A stretch of DNA of 64,000 bases from Candidatus Thorarchaeota archaeon (GTDB lineage Archaea > Asgardarchaeota > Thorarchaeia > Thorarchaeales > Thorarchaeaceae), in assembly GCA_011364985.1 (NCBI GenBank), contig RDOC01000001.1, forward strand, positions 347,124-411,123, read 5' to 3'. A program made the position numbers and the translations under genes. Below the pieces are notes generated by a model. That model saw only the letters and a program-made list of their open reading frames with translations, did no database searches and was not told the origin of the DNA. How positions within the stretch are numbered: the first letter of the stretch is position 1; each line of letters opens with the position of its first letter. Positions 7,846 to 17,034 of the stretch are shown here, piece by piece.

Positions 7846-9229
7846 AAGTCACATCCTCCGTCACAAATCTCTCATAAATCACTTCATCTTCTTCAGAAAC
7901 TGGCTCTCGAAACTCGATGCTTACAACACCTCTTGTGCCAAATGGGCTTCTAATAACTCCCTTGACACCTTTGGTTGTATATACTTCAGTACCAATAAGG
8001 GCTTCCGCAACTCTCTTGCTGGACGCCAAGCCTTGGACAAGTGCATCATCCTCTCGAAGACGGGTAACTGTGCCCAACCGTTTCCTCCTTTTGTGTAAAA
8101 CAATGGTATCAGAAATATCGGTTACTGTTCCAGCACCAATAATCCTCATCTTGGAAGGAGGAAGGTCTGTTCTTGTCAACAGGATCCTCATTCCCTTTTC
8201 CACTGCAAGAGGCTTATGCAGAAGAACAGTCAATTCAAGTTGCTTGTCGTCCACCTCATCTAGAACTACACGCTTGTTGTTAATTGATTCAAAAGGTACA
8301 ATCTCAGCTGTCACTGTGGCCATGGCGACGGTTGCGCTTACGATCATTCTATTTGTGATTCTTTCTCTATAGAGTGGATTCCTATCCAATCTTGCGACCA
8401 TAATCGAAATACGTGAGAGACTTCCTGGAAGGCAGAGATAGTCGCCTCTGCTAATGCTGTCATGGCTGAGTTCTGGTACGTTTATTCCCACTCTCTCTCC
8501 TGCACAGGCTCCTACCTTGGCTTCACCAAATGTCTGAAGGGAGCGAACCTTCCCAATTGCACCTTGGGGCATTATTTGTACCTTGTCACCGGTCGCAATT
8601 ACACCTCGCTGAATCGTTCCAGTTACAACAGTTCCATGCCCCTTTATTGGAAACACATGGTCTATAGGCATGAGAAAAGAGCTGCCAGTATCACGTTTCC
8701 TTGGTTCAATAACGTTCCGGAGCGCCTCCTTCAGCTGTTCGATTCCCGCCCCAGTCTTCGTTGAAACCTGCGTATATTCGACTCTGCGAAAGCCGGCGCC
8801 TTGCGTTATTTGTTCAATCTGATGTTTAATGGCGGACAATCTCTCAGGTCTTACTAGATCCGATTTAGTAATAACCACAACCATTGAATCAATACCCATT
8901 GACCTAAGAATCACAATGTGCTCTCCTGTCTGTATTTTTGGACCTTCATCTGCTGCTACAACCAAAATCGCCAAATCAATGATAGATGCACCTGCGACAA
9001 CGCTTCGGATTAGGTCGGCATGCCCTGGTGCATCCACCAGTGTTACAATATAATCATTAAGAGTGAACATTGTGAATCCGAGATCGATTGTGATTCCGCG
9101 TTCTTGTGCCTGTGGATGCCTGTCTAATCCAGCTGTGGATACCTTTTCGCTAAGTGCTTTGGCTAAAGCAGTCTTTCCATGGTCTATATGTCCAACAAGG
9201 CCAATATGGACAGGAACTAGGTCCTTCAT
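7835..9229 (-). CDS. selB: selenocysteine-specific elongation factor (archaeal SelB)
   Basis: 464 aa with GTPase motifs GHIDHGKT, DAPGH and TKSD, followed by beta-barrel domains. The size and operon context with SepSecS and tRNA-Sec fit aSelB rather than aEF1A or aIF2-gamma. Confidence 0.85.
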   Translation of the reverse strand: MKDLVPVHIGLVGHIDHGKTALAKALSEKVSTAGLDRHPQAQERGITIDLGFTMFTLNDYIVTLVDAPGHADLIRSVVAGASIIDLAILVVAADEGPKIQTGEHIVILRSMGIDSMVVVITKSDLVRPERLSAIKHQIEQITQGAGFRRVEYTQVSTKTGAGIEQLKEALRNVIEPRKRDTGSSFLMPIDHVFPIKGHGTVVTGTIQRGVIATGDKVQIMPQGAIGKVRSLQTFGEAKVGACAGERVGINVPELSHDSISRGDYLCLPGSLSRISIMVARLDRNPLYRERITNRMIVSATVAMATVTAEIVPFESINNKRVVLDEVDDKQLELTVLLHKPLAVEKGMRILLTRTDLPPSKMRIIGAGTVTDISDTIVLHKRRKRLGTVTRLREDDALVQGLASSKRVAEALIGTEVYTTKGVKGVIRSPFGTRGVVSIEFREPVSEEDEVIYERFVTEDVTFGC

Positions 9230-9377
9230 GATGTAGCGCCTTTCATCTCAGCTGTACACTCGCATAAAACCTTGGCTAAATACGAGATTTTTGACAGTGA
9301 GGAGAGAACAGGGCGGGAAAGAGAAATCGGTGTAATGAAGCGGGCGGTTTATTGGGAGGCTTGCTGAACACAGACCC

Positions 9378-9785
9378 ATGGTCTCCAGATCTCTAGAAAA
9401 GATGGTGTTGATGGCTTTAGGACTGACAACGGTTGTCATAATTGGTGTTCCGGCCTTGATGTTCGCAGTCAACACTCTTGGAAATATCACAGACCTTGAA
9501 AGGGCTGAGGCTTTTGCAACTGGACTGATAAACGAAACACGGCTCGTCGACATTGGGACTACAAATAAGACTGAACTCGCAGTTCTCATTCCGGAGTACG
9601 TAACAATATCCGCTAGTGAAAGCACTTTGACTATCACATTCACAAAAGAAGGAATTCCAGAAACTCAATGGAAAGACACATTCCTACACCCTGTAAGCCT
9701 TCTTGGAAGTACTTCTGCTGGGCAGTATTCCATGACTATCAGTTTGGTTGCAGGCACAATTGAAATCGTATTTGCTTCCCTTTGA
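9378..9785 (+). CDS. hypothetical membrane-anchored protein
   Basis: An N-terminal hydrophobic helix (MVLMALGLTTVVIIGVPALMFAV) is followed by a beta-rich soluble part. The N-terminus is pilin/archaellin-like, which is only suggestive. Confidence 0.45.
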   Translation: MVSRSLEKMVLMALGLTTVVIIGVPALMFAVNTLGNITDLERAEAFATGLINETRLVDIGTTNKTELAVLIPEYVTISASESTLTITFTKEGIPETQWKDTFLHPVSLLGSTSAGQYSMTISLVAGTIEIVFASL

Positions 9786-10957
9786 GGCTGGTCCTGTCCA
9801 TACTAACAGCAAAGGGACGAGAACCATTCAACACAATGTTTTTAATGCTGGCTCAAGTTCCGCGCCAATATCGCCCTTGCCGAGGACAAAATGCCATGGC
9901 CGAAGACAACGAAATGGCAGAGAAGCTAGATGTTGAAAAAGAGGATGCGAAAGAGGAAGAAACATCCTCCTCTGAAGATCTTTCGAAGAAAGAAACAAAG
10001 GAACCTTCTAGCAGATTCAAGATCAAGAACCCTGTTGGTTTCATTTTCAACCTGAGAATGCTACGTAGAGTGGTTCAGATTCTCTTCCTGTTAGGAATAA
10101 ATGTGTACATCTTTGCAGCATGGGCAGAAGGCGAGCAGATCATTGCCTTTTGGCAGGCATTTCGTGATATACTTCCAACGCTTCCGATTATAGCCCCGCT
10201 TGAGGGCTCTTTTGCCGTTCTAGCGGGCTCTTTTGACACACTTCAGCGAGAGTTCACCTCTGGAGTGTTCCCATTCTTTACCATCGGTGCCATGATTATT
10301 ATCCTTGCTGTTGTTGGTCGAACGAGTTGTGGATGGATTTGTCCAATAGGAACAATTCAGGATTTCGCAACTCTGCCCAAAAGACAAAAAGCACAAGTCG
10401 GACCAGACAGCGAGAAAGACGCTCGGAAATTCAAGGTTTACGTCTTTGTGCTTACGATGTTCTTTGCTCTTTGGGTCGGGTACAGCCGAGCGTTGGATAC
10501 CTCAGATACGCTTGTAGAAATACTCGGACCTTTTGCTGATGCAGCCTTCGATCCATTTAATCCGGCATACATCATATTTGTTGTATTGCCTGATCAAGCA
10601 TGGCCAACAGATATCAATACCCTCTGGTATTTCACGCAGTGGGGGTGGGCTCTTGCTCAGCTAGTCCTTGTTGCGCTTATTGTTGTTATTGCAGTTTGGT
10701 ACCCCCGTTGGTTTTGTAGATGGATATGCCCAGCTGGATGGTTATATAGCGTATTTTCGCGCGATGCGCTGATTGGAATAGGCAGAAATCCAGCAAGATG
10801 CACGCCAGATGTGTGCAATGTATGTGAAGTGGTGTGTCCAATGAATATTCGAATCAGAAGATATCCATACCAGCATATGTACTCTCCAGATTGCATCATG
10901 TGTCTTGAGTGCAAAAGCCATTGTCCAAACAAGGCCATTGAGATAAGGTTCTCGTAA
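9782..10957 (+). CDS. membrane-bound polyferredoxin (NapH/MauN-like 4Fe-4S protein)
   Basis: Multiple TM segments carry CGWICPIG and CRWICPAG motifs. The C-terminus has CNVCEVVCP and CIMCLECKSHCP ferredoxin motifs. The start is uncertain: TTG at 9782 or ATG at 9896. Confidence 0.7.
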   Translation: MRLVLSILTAKGREPFNTMFLMLAQVPRQYRPCRGQNAMAEDNEMAEKLDVEKEDAKEEETSSSEDLSKKETKEPSSRFKIKNPVGFIFNLRMLRRVVQILFLLGINVYIFAAWAEGEQIIAFWQAFRDILPTLPIIAPLEGSFAVLAGSFDTLQREFTSGVFPFFTIGAMIIILAVVGRTSCGWICPIGTIQDFATLPKRQKAQVGPDSEKDARKFKVYVFVLTMFFALWVGYSRALDTSDTLVEILGPFADAAFDPFNPAYIIFVVLPDQAWPTDINTLWYFTQWGWALAQLVLVALIVVIAVWYPRWFCRWICPAGWLYSVFSRDALIGIGRNPARCTPDVCNVCEVVCPMNIRIRRYPYQHMYSPDCIMCLECKSHCPNKAIEIRFS

Positions 10958-10970
10958 GATCCAAAAGGCC

Positions 10971-11312
10971 TCAGACTTCGCTGGCACGGTCAAATCCACC
11001 TTGCACCTTCGCGAACATCTGCATTAGTTTAAGTCCAAAATCCGTGACTTTCGCGCCCCCTCCGCCTGAAGGTCCGCCCTTGAAGGTTACAAGAATCTTG
11101 ACACCGAGGGTTGCCTCGATCTTGCGAATTACCCCCCATGCGTACCGATAGGACATTCCAGTCGATTCGGTGACTCCTGTAAGAGTACCCTTCTTGAGAA
11201 CATGATTCATAATGGCATATGCACCAGGTCCAAATACATATTTCCCATCAAACTCAAGCCAGAGTTTGTAGTTTGGTTTCAATTTGGAGAATGTCACATC
11301 TTCATCGTTCAT
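10971..11312 (-). CDS. ModE N-terminal-domain-like winged-HTH regulator
   Basis: 113 aa with the ModE-type HTH pattern TGMSYRYAWGVIRKIEATLGVKILVTFKGGPSGGGGAKVTDFG. Confidence 0.7.
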   Translation of the reverse strand: MNDEDVTFSKLKPNYKLWLEFDGKYVFGPGAYAIMNHVLKKGTLTGVTESTGMSYRYAWGVIRKIEATLGVKILVTFKGGPSGGGGAKVTDFGLKLMQMFAKVQGGFDRASEV

Positions 11313-11371
11313 TTATGGCAGCTCCAAGGGAGTAATCAAGCTAACGGCTCCAAAAGAAGAAGAAACTCAGA

Positions 11372-11599
11372 TCACGGACCCCATCTCATTCGTTCGCCTT
11401 TTGTATCTTTTTTGTATGCCTTCTTTACTTGTTTCCAGTGGTCGGCGCATAAGTAGGTTTTTCGTGAGCGTGCATCTTTCAGTTTCAACCCAGTTCTCGT
11501 AACACTTTCTGCAATACGTACAGTGGCAAATGACCTCTTTGATTCGTTGTTGCAACCGGCAATGCTGCATATCTTATTTGACGACGACAAATTCCTCAC
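11372..11599 (-). CDS. small C2CH zinc-finger protein
   Basis: 75 aa with a GTG start. Cys/His spacing is C-x4-C-x34-C-x2-H (CSIAGC ... CADH), and the C-terminus is basic. Confidence 0.45.
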   Translation of the reverse strand: MRNLSSSNKICSIAGCNNESKRSFATVRIAESVTRTGLKLKDARSRKTYLCADHWKQVKKAYKKDTKGERMRWGP

Positions 11600-11660
11600 T
11601 CATTGTCAGCTCCGAAGAGCATCATTATAACTATGACGGCCAATCACATTGAACTGGATT

Positions 11661-12641
11661 TCATCGTGGAGTAAGGATGGGCCCCTGAGAATAGTCAAAT
11701 ATCATCTTCTCCTCAGAACCAAGACGTAGTTTCAGCTCTTTGGTGTCATTTACCTCTCCTATTTCAGACACGGTGACGCCGTGAGCTTTGGCTATTTCAT
11801 GCACCTGTCCTAGATGTGCTTTCGCGGTCGAAACAAGAAATCCCAGAGATATGAACATTCTAAGCCAGTCCCTCATTGGAACATCATCCGGTCTATCCTT
11901 ATCGACGGCATCCAAGGATATTATACCACCCTTCTCGGAGTACTCAAGAAGCATACCAGCAGTACCAATGATGCCAGCTACCGACACGTCCTTTGCGGCA
12001 CTCAACAACTGGTTTGCTGCTAGATCATTCATTACGGAAAGACGCTCCATGAGCGTTGTGGATTCTCGTCCAGTGACGGAATCCCACCCTAAGTTGTAGC
12101 TTGATCCTCTTTGGCCCGTTTTGTCAAAGAGGAGCACAAGAAGATCGCCAGTCTGTGCGCCTCCTGCAGTCAGCATATTAGTCCTCTGGACAGTCCCTGT
12201 GGCTGATCCAACGACAAAAGTTGATGTCGCTATGGGATTAGTATGGCCTCGTACTATTGGTACCTGAAATGCGTGTGAGCCATCGATGAGCCCTTGAAGT
12301 AGATGTTCTCCGATGTCTTTGTCTGAGTAAGAGAGAGCAACAGCAAATGATGTGGGAACTCCTCCAGCTGCATAGATGTCCATTACATTTGCCAGAACTG
12401 CATTGAAACCAGCTGCTTGAGGATGTTCAAGGCAGAGCTCCTCGACAATGGCATCAGTCGTTAGGAGAATTACTTCGTTGCTCTCAGTCCCAATTGCTGC
12501 GGAGTCTTCGCCCAGTCCATGTGCATGATCTCCATGAAATGACTCAAGGCGAAGGCGCCTAATTATTGAAGGAAGTACATATTTCCTACTTATGCCATCA
12601 AAATCAAGAAGTCTGGCCACGATATCCTCCAGGCGGCTCAA
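11661..12641 (-). CDS. PurM/AIR-synthase superfamily protein, selenophosphate-synthetase-related
   Basis: 326 aa with GEDSAAI, LLTTDAIVEE, ANVMDIYAAGGVP and KDVSVAGIIGTAGMLLE. It lacks the SelD N-terminal Gly-rich Cys/Sec-x-x-Lys loop. TTG start. Confidence 0.7.
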   Translation of the reverse strand: MSRLEDIVARLLDFDGISRKYVLPSIIRRLRLESFHGDHAHGLGEDSAAIGTESNEVILLTTDAIVEELCLEHPQAAGFNAVLANVMDIYAAGGVPTSFAVALSYSDKDIGEHLLQGLIDGSHAFQVPIVRGHTNPIATSTFVVGSATGTVQRTNMLTAGGAQTGDLLVLLFDKTGQRGSSYNLGWDSVTGRESTTLMERLSVMNDLAANQLLSAAKDVSVAGIIGTAGMLLEYSEKGGIISLDAVDKDRPDDVPMRDWLRMFISLGFLVSTAKAHLGQVHEIAKAHGVTVSEIGEVNDTKELKLRLGSEEKMIFDYSQGPILTPR

Positions 12642-13164
12642 GAGCAGTCACCAGGCATATTTATGGAATCTACGGAGGAGATAGAAAAGCTAAAACATAG
12701 GCGGTCTGGCCAAGGATTATTCCTATGCCTAGCAACGTTAAGCCAACCATCAAATAGATGAGAGCCCTCATTTCAGGACAGATTTCTTCGAACAACTTTG
12801 CTCACCTAAGATAGTATGGCGTGACCTATGTGATGCTTATAGGCATTGTGCAATAAAGCACTCTCACAAAGCAATCAGCCAGATGACGATAAATGGTCGT
12901 TAGGATTCTAAGCCTAGTAAAAGATGTGTTTGCAGTCCCTAAATCTGATGATCTTTGTGCGGATGATAAGCCTTCGAAGAGTCCACCATACTGAGAACAT
13001 GAACTAATTCCTTTGACTCCTGTCTGATAAATATCCAGCTTTGTTTGGATTCTGTGTTACAGCTGTCAATCCCAAGAACATGCCCGACTGACGGACACCA
13101 TAAAGAAGCCAATGTTATCATCACTGCTCAGCAGCTGAACATGATGGTAGATGCCTAAATGAGG

Positions 13165-14985
13165 TCATCCGGAATATGACCACTTGGGAAGCCAAATCAA
13201 GAGTTCGATACCTTGGCTTTGATGGTTTGGTATCCTGTCACGTACGAGAATTCGCCCCCCATATTTGCGAATGATACTTATCGCCTGATGGACTCCAACG
13301 CCTCCAAAGCGTCTCTCTGGGTCAAAGAGAGACTCCTTTTCAGACTCGGTCAGACCTGGACCATTATCGCTTATCGATATTTCATACCCTCTCTCTATCT
13401 CGTTCACGGTGACCCAGATACACCTGACCTTCTTATTATTGTGCACAACAGCATTTTCCAAGATATTCATGAGCAGATGTTCAAGGTATCTGTCTGCATA
13501 GACTAATGGTTTCTGCACTTGTATGCCCAGCTCGACCTTGACATCACCATAAGTCGCACATAATTCTATCAGACACTCGTTCAGAACTACATCCAGCGGT
13601 CTTATGAAGAAGGGTGCTGTTAGTAGACCACGGGTGGATTGCATTTTCCTGATAATCGACTGTGAGATGTCTACTGACTCAAGGATGAGTTCAAACATTG
13701 GGTCAACATCAGCTCCGATGTCCATGTGCTTCATAATCTCTGTGGCCATGACAATTGCCTGTAGATGATTACGTAGGTCGTGGCCCATGAGATCCAAATA
13801 CAGCTCGGCTGTGTCTGCCGCAGCCCTAAGATCATGTTCTGCCCTCTTTCTCTTTGTGATGTCTGTAATAGCAACAATTACTCGGGAGAGATCTATTTTG
13901 CCATTGATGGCATATGACCTCCAATGTACAATGACTTGAATAGGATTACCTTTGAGCGTCTTTGTTGTGGTTTCGAACTCGATTCCGTATGTCTTGCCTT
14001 CCCAGATAGCAAGAAGCTCCTGTTTGAAGTACTCAGGAGAAACTTCAATGAGAACCTCGTTCAGGCGGCTCAATAGAGCTTCTCTGGTGTCAACCTCATA
14101 TATCTCCAGAGTTGCATCGTTTACATCAATAACTTCTACAAGGGAGATCACTTCAAGGATTGCCTCCGGATTGTCATCAAAGTACTTTACTAGGTCAGAC
14201 ACACCACTGGCTCGGAGCTTATCTAGCCATTCACTTGCTGCTCTAAAATCCTCTATCCAGATCGAAACCGGGCTGTATTTGAACAGGGCTTTGTATCTAG
14301 CTTCCGATTGTCGCATTGCCTCCTCTGTCCTCTTCTGGTCTGTGACATCGCGAATTGTTGCTAGATTGATCTTCTTACCTTCAAGTTCTACTAGGTCCTC
14401 ATTAAGCAGGGCATGGTACGTCGTTCCGTTCTTTCTTCTGAGCTCCACCTCGAAATCCCGAAGCCTTCCAGTTTCATGTACCTTGGCCAGAACTCTATTA
14501 CGATCTTCTTCATATACGTACAAGGCTGGAGCTTTCACACTCTCCAATTCATTCCGTGAGTAATCAGATATCTTTTCCATCCATTCATTTGCTGCGATGA
14601 AGTTACCATCAATGTCTGTAAGGACTATTGCTATTGGAGCTGTTTCAAACAGCATTCTATACCTACTCTCGCTATCTCTAAGTGCTTCCTCAGAGTCTTT
14701 GATCGCATGAAACAATGGTGCAATCGAATCCATACCAATCAACATAAGCACGGATATGCACAAGGCAATCAGCTCGGCCGCCAAGTCAGGTGGCAGCGTG
14801 AGGTCTCCTGAAATCAGTCGATACAGAGTGACAGCACGCCTAAAAGCCATCAAGAGAATAGCTGCTGCAATTAAAGTGAATGAACGTCGGTTTCCGGTTA
14901 TCAGGGTCAATCTAAAGGCCAAGACTGCTGATGCAATTTGAAACATGACTGATGTTATGAGAACAAATCTAACAATCAAGTTCAC
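13165..14985 (-). CDS. sensor histidine kinase with N-terminal TM region and tandem PAS domains
   Basis: The N-terminus has TM helices. PAS-like repeats are present (ESRYRMLFETAPIAIVLTD.., EARYKALFKYSPVSIWIED..). The H-box is GHDLRNHLQ and the ATPase motifs are NAVVHN and ISDNGPGL. Confidence 0.85.
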   Translation of the reverse strand: MNLIVRFVLITSVMFQIASAVLAFRLTLITGNRRSFTLIAAAILLMAFRRAVTLYRLISGDLTLPPDLAAELIALCISVLMLIGMDSIAPLFHAIKDSEEALRDSESRYRMLFETAPIAIVLTDIDGNFIAANEWMEKISDYSRNELESVKAPALYVYEEDRNRVLAKVHETGRLRDFEVELRRKNGTTYHALLNEDLVELEGKKINLATIRDVTDQKRTEEAMRQSEARYKALFKYSPVSIWIEDFRAASEWLDKLRASGVSDLVKYFDDNPEAILEVISLVEVIDVNDATLEIYEVDTREALLSRLNEVLIEVSPEYFKQELLAIWEGKTYGIEFETTTKTLKGNPIQVIVHWRSYAINGKIDLSRVIVAITDITKRKRAEHDLRAAADTAELYLDLMGHDLRNHLQAIVMATEIMKHMDIGADVDPMFELILESVDISQSIIRKMQSTRGLLTAPFFIRPLDVVLNECLIELCATYGDVKVELGIQVQKPLVYADRYLEHLLMNILENAVVHNNKKVRCIWVTVNEIERGYEISISDNGPGLTESEKESLFDPERRFGGVGVHQAISIIRKYGGRILVRDRIPNHQSQGIELLIWLPKWSYSG

Positions 14986-15401
14986 AGCCCCCCGTTCCTA
15001 GTGTAATGTCTCTGTAACACAAGATGATCAAACCATGAATCGGTAAGTGTACCTCGTGTCACGACTGACTTCTCGGTGCTGATGATTGTACCAAGGAGAG
15101 AATGTTCTCGTTTTGTGTTTGCTTTTGTGATATCCACTTTCTCAGGATTCAACTCCTGCAAGTTGGATGATGTACCATAGATGGCAGTTCTCCTTCCATT
15201 ATCCTTGTCAAGTACAGACCACACCAGCCTGTGTCCAATTTCTCTTACATCAATTTCGTATATCTCTGCCAAAAGCTCGAAATCATCTATTGTGCTTATT
15301 AGTGCCCTATTATAGACGCTAAGTGACTTGAGTGTCCGAGTTTCTCTTAGAGGAAATATATTCGATTCATTGCAAACTCTCATGTGTGAGGAATTCATCA
15401 C
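14982..15401 (-). CDS. hypothetical protein, 4-nt overlap with the downstream histidine kinase
   Basis: 139-aa ORF with a GTGA start/stop overlap with the kinase gene. No recognised motif. Confidence 0.4.
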   Translation of the reverse strand: MMNSSHMRVCNESNIFPLRETRTLKSLSVYNRALISTIDDFELLAEIYEIDVREIGHRLVWSVLDKDNGRRTAIYGTSSNLQELNPEKVDITKANTKREHSLLGTIISTEKSVVTRGTLTDSWFDHLVLQRHYTRNGGL

Positions 15402-15844
15402 ATCGCCCCGACTTCGAACGGCTGTTTGGTAGACATGGAAATCGATAGACCACAGTCAATAGACACTCCTTGTGGTAGATTTCGAGTCCTTCAAGGCTGG
15501 CGGAGGCCTTCTAAGGTGCAGTCATTCGCATGACTCCTGTCTATGCTATCTTTCGTTATGAGAGCCTAACATCCCTATCATTTTATGCCGCTAGATGGAT
15601 TATATGATTTGTTGGTAGATTCCCCCCATTCTTGATGCAGTCATAGCTTCAATATAGGAAGAAGTCCATAGATGCATTGAGGTTGCTTCTTGAGTGACGA
15701 ATCCCCTTCCAATCAGATGAGCCTTTCACAGTAATCTACTGCAATCGACAGATCAGTCAGCAACAACTCCTCACCAAGAGACGATTCTAGTCTCTTTCTT
15801 GGTTGTGGGCTTGTGCCAGTCAAGTACTCAACCTTCAAGTTCTC

Positions 15845-16144
15845 TTACGAATTTCTTGAAAACACCTTTGTCCATATCGAACTCATCATCACCGAATTCT
15901 CTGGCAACTTAGATTTGGAGGCTAGTCTTGTTGACATGCTCTTACATTTGCTGTTTTCATCGATTTTCCTTGCAGTACAGAGCCCAAACTTGCACCAAGG
16001 TCCATCGCATGCATCGTCAATCCAACTACACCAAACTAATTTCCTATTTCCTTTGCGCTTGACTAGATATGCAGAATGATTCTGGTAACATCTGAACTTG
16101 TCACAAGAAGAGATGCACTCTCGGATGGCCGTGGACATTTCCAA
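15845..16144 (-). CDS. Cys-rich small protein
   Basis: 99 aa with ten Cys, eight of them between residues 10 and 55 (CISSC, C..., WCSW, DDACDGPWCKFGLC). Family not recognised. Confidence 0.4.
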   Translation of the reverse strand: MEMSTAIRECISSCDKFRCYQNHSAYLVKRKGNRKLVWCSWIDDACDGPWCKFGLCTARKIDENSKCKSMSTRLASKSKLPENSVMMSSIWTKVFSRNS

Positions 16145-16171
16145 TCACTCCATTCTCATTGTATAGACCAA

Positions 16172-16960
16172 CTATCGTTCTTTTGCTAGTTGTATAGTTT
16201 CATCCAGTATCCTTTCACTGATGTTAAGAATTCTTATTGCACGATTATTCTGTGCCACTGCCCTCTCGTAGGCAGAGGTGGAAATGTCGCCAATCTTGTG
16301 CTCTATATCAAGCCGACTTCGCTTCTTCAGAAGGACTCTTCGTAATCTGTCTATTGCCTTCATCCATCGACCAGCGTCCTTAATTGCGCCCTTCAGCTCT
16401 TTCTCAAGTGCTTTGATCTCGACGTGCATCTCTGAACGCTGTTCTTTAACGACAGAGGGGTCCGGTGTGCTCTGCGCATTCTCAAGTTTCTTCAGTTTGG
16501 ACTTGAGATTGCCAAGGTTACGGACAATGACCTCCAAGGAAAGTTTAGCATCAAAGCTCGTTAGTTCCTCTCGTCTCTTCTTAGTGTCATCAAATGCTCT
16601 TCTAAGCTTGCTTGCACGAGAAGTAAGAAGCGATTTGTCAGCTTCCTTGAGTTGTAGAGCCTGACGTGTTGCACCGATTTGCTCAATGAGTTGGTCCAAC
16701 TCCTCACCAATGATCTCCAGTTCAGCACGTGAAAGAAGACAGGCAGATGCCAATGAGTCCATGCCGTCAATTGTGAGTGTGAAGCGAGGAATATGTCCCA
16801 TCATTGCACTGTGGTCAGACTGAGGTCTTGGAACATTAGACTTCGATTCCATGGTGGGATCTGCTTGTGCTTGTGACAGAGAAAATCCGCAGAAATTGCA
16901 GAATTGTCCCATAGGTACTTCATTGCCACAAGATGGACATACAATCAATCGGTCAGGCAT
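16172..16960 (-). CDS. zinc-ribbon plus coiled-coil protein
   Basis: ATG 16960 is preceded by GAGGTG. The N-terminus is CPSCGNEVPMGQFCNFCG. A long heptad-like helical region rich in E/K/L/R follows. Confidence 0.55.
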   Translation of the reverse strand: MPDRLIVCPSCGNEVPMGQFCNFCGFSLSQAQADPTMESKSNVPRPQSDHSAMMGHIPRFTLTIDGMDSLASACLLSRAELEIIGEELDQLIEQIGATRQALQLKEADKSLLTSRASKLRRAFDDTKKRREELTSFDAKLSLEVIVRNLGNLKSKLKKLENAQSTPDPSVVKEQRSEMHVEIKALEKELKGAIKDAGRWMKAIDRLRRVLLKKRSRLDIEHKIGDISTSAYERAVAQNNRAIRILNISERILDETIQLAKER

Positions 16961-17034
16961 GAGACACCTCAACCTTAGATAACAATTCGATGTAAACCTG
17001 TACAGATATTACTCATGCAAGGCTTCCACGAAGC

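Noticed and set aside
7370-8098. A 242-aa plus-strand ORF overlapping the SepSecS/SelB genes, and similar ORFs at 7917..8372 and 8462..8764.
   Set aside because: These are antisense shadow ORFs inside strongly supported minus-strand genes. Their composition is Ser/Arg/Leu-rich and they carry no motifs.
12642-12695. A TGA lies three codons upstream of the PurM-like gene start. This raised the possibility of a Sec codon in a SelD N-terminal loop.
   Set aside because: There is no start codon between the upstream in-frame TAG and the TGA. The 13 intervening codons (LFYLLRRFHKYAW) do not resemble the Gly-rich SelD loop.
12944-12996. C/D-box-like elements (CTGATGA ... GATGA ... CTGA).
   Set aside because: The spacing does not fit the C-D'-C'-D architecture. 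There is no D' box, the guide regions are 10 and 20 nt, and there is no terminal stem.
12939-13124. A 61-aa minus-strand ORF downstream of the histidine kinase, and a 74-aa ORF at 58795..59019.
   Set aside because: Both are short, with no SD or motif, and the surrounding sequence is dense in TAA/TAG. No feature was called.
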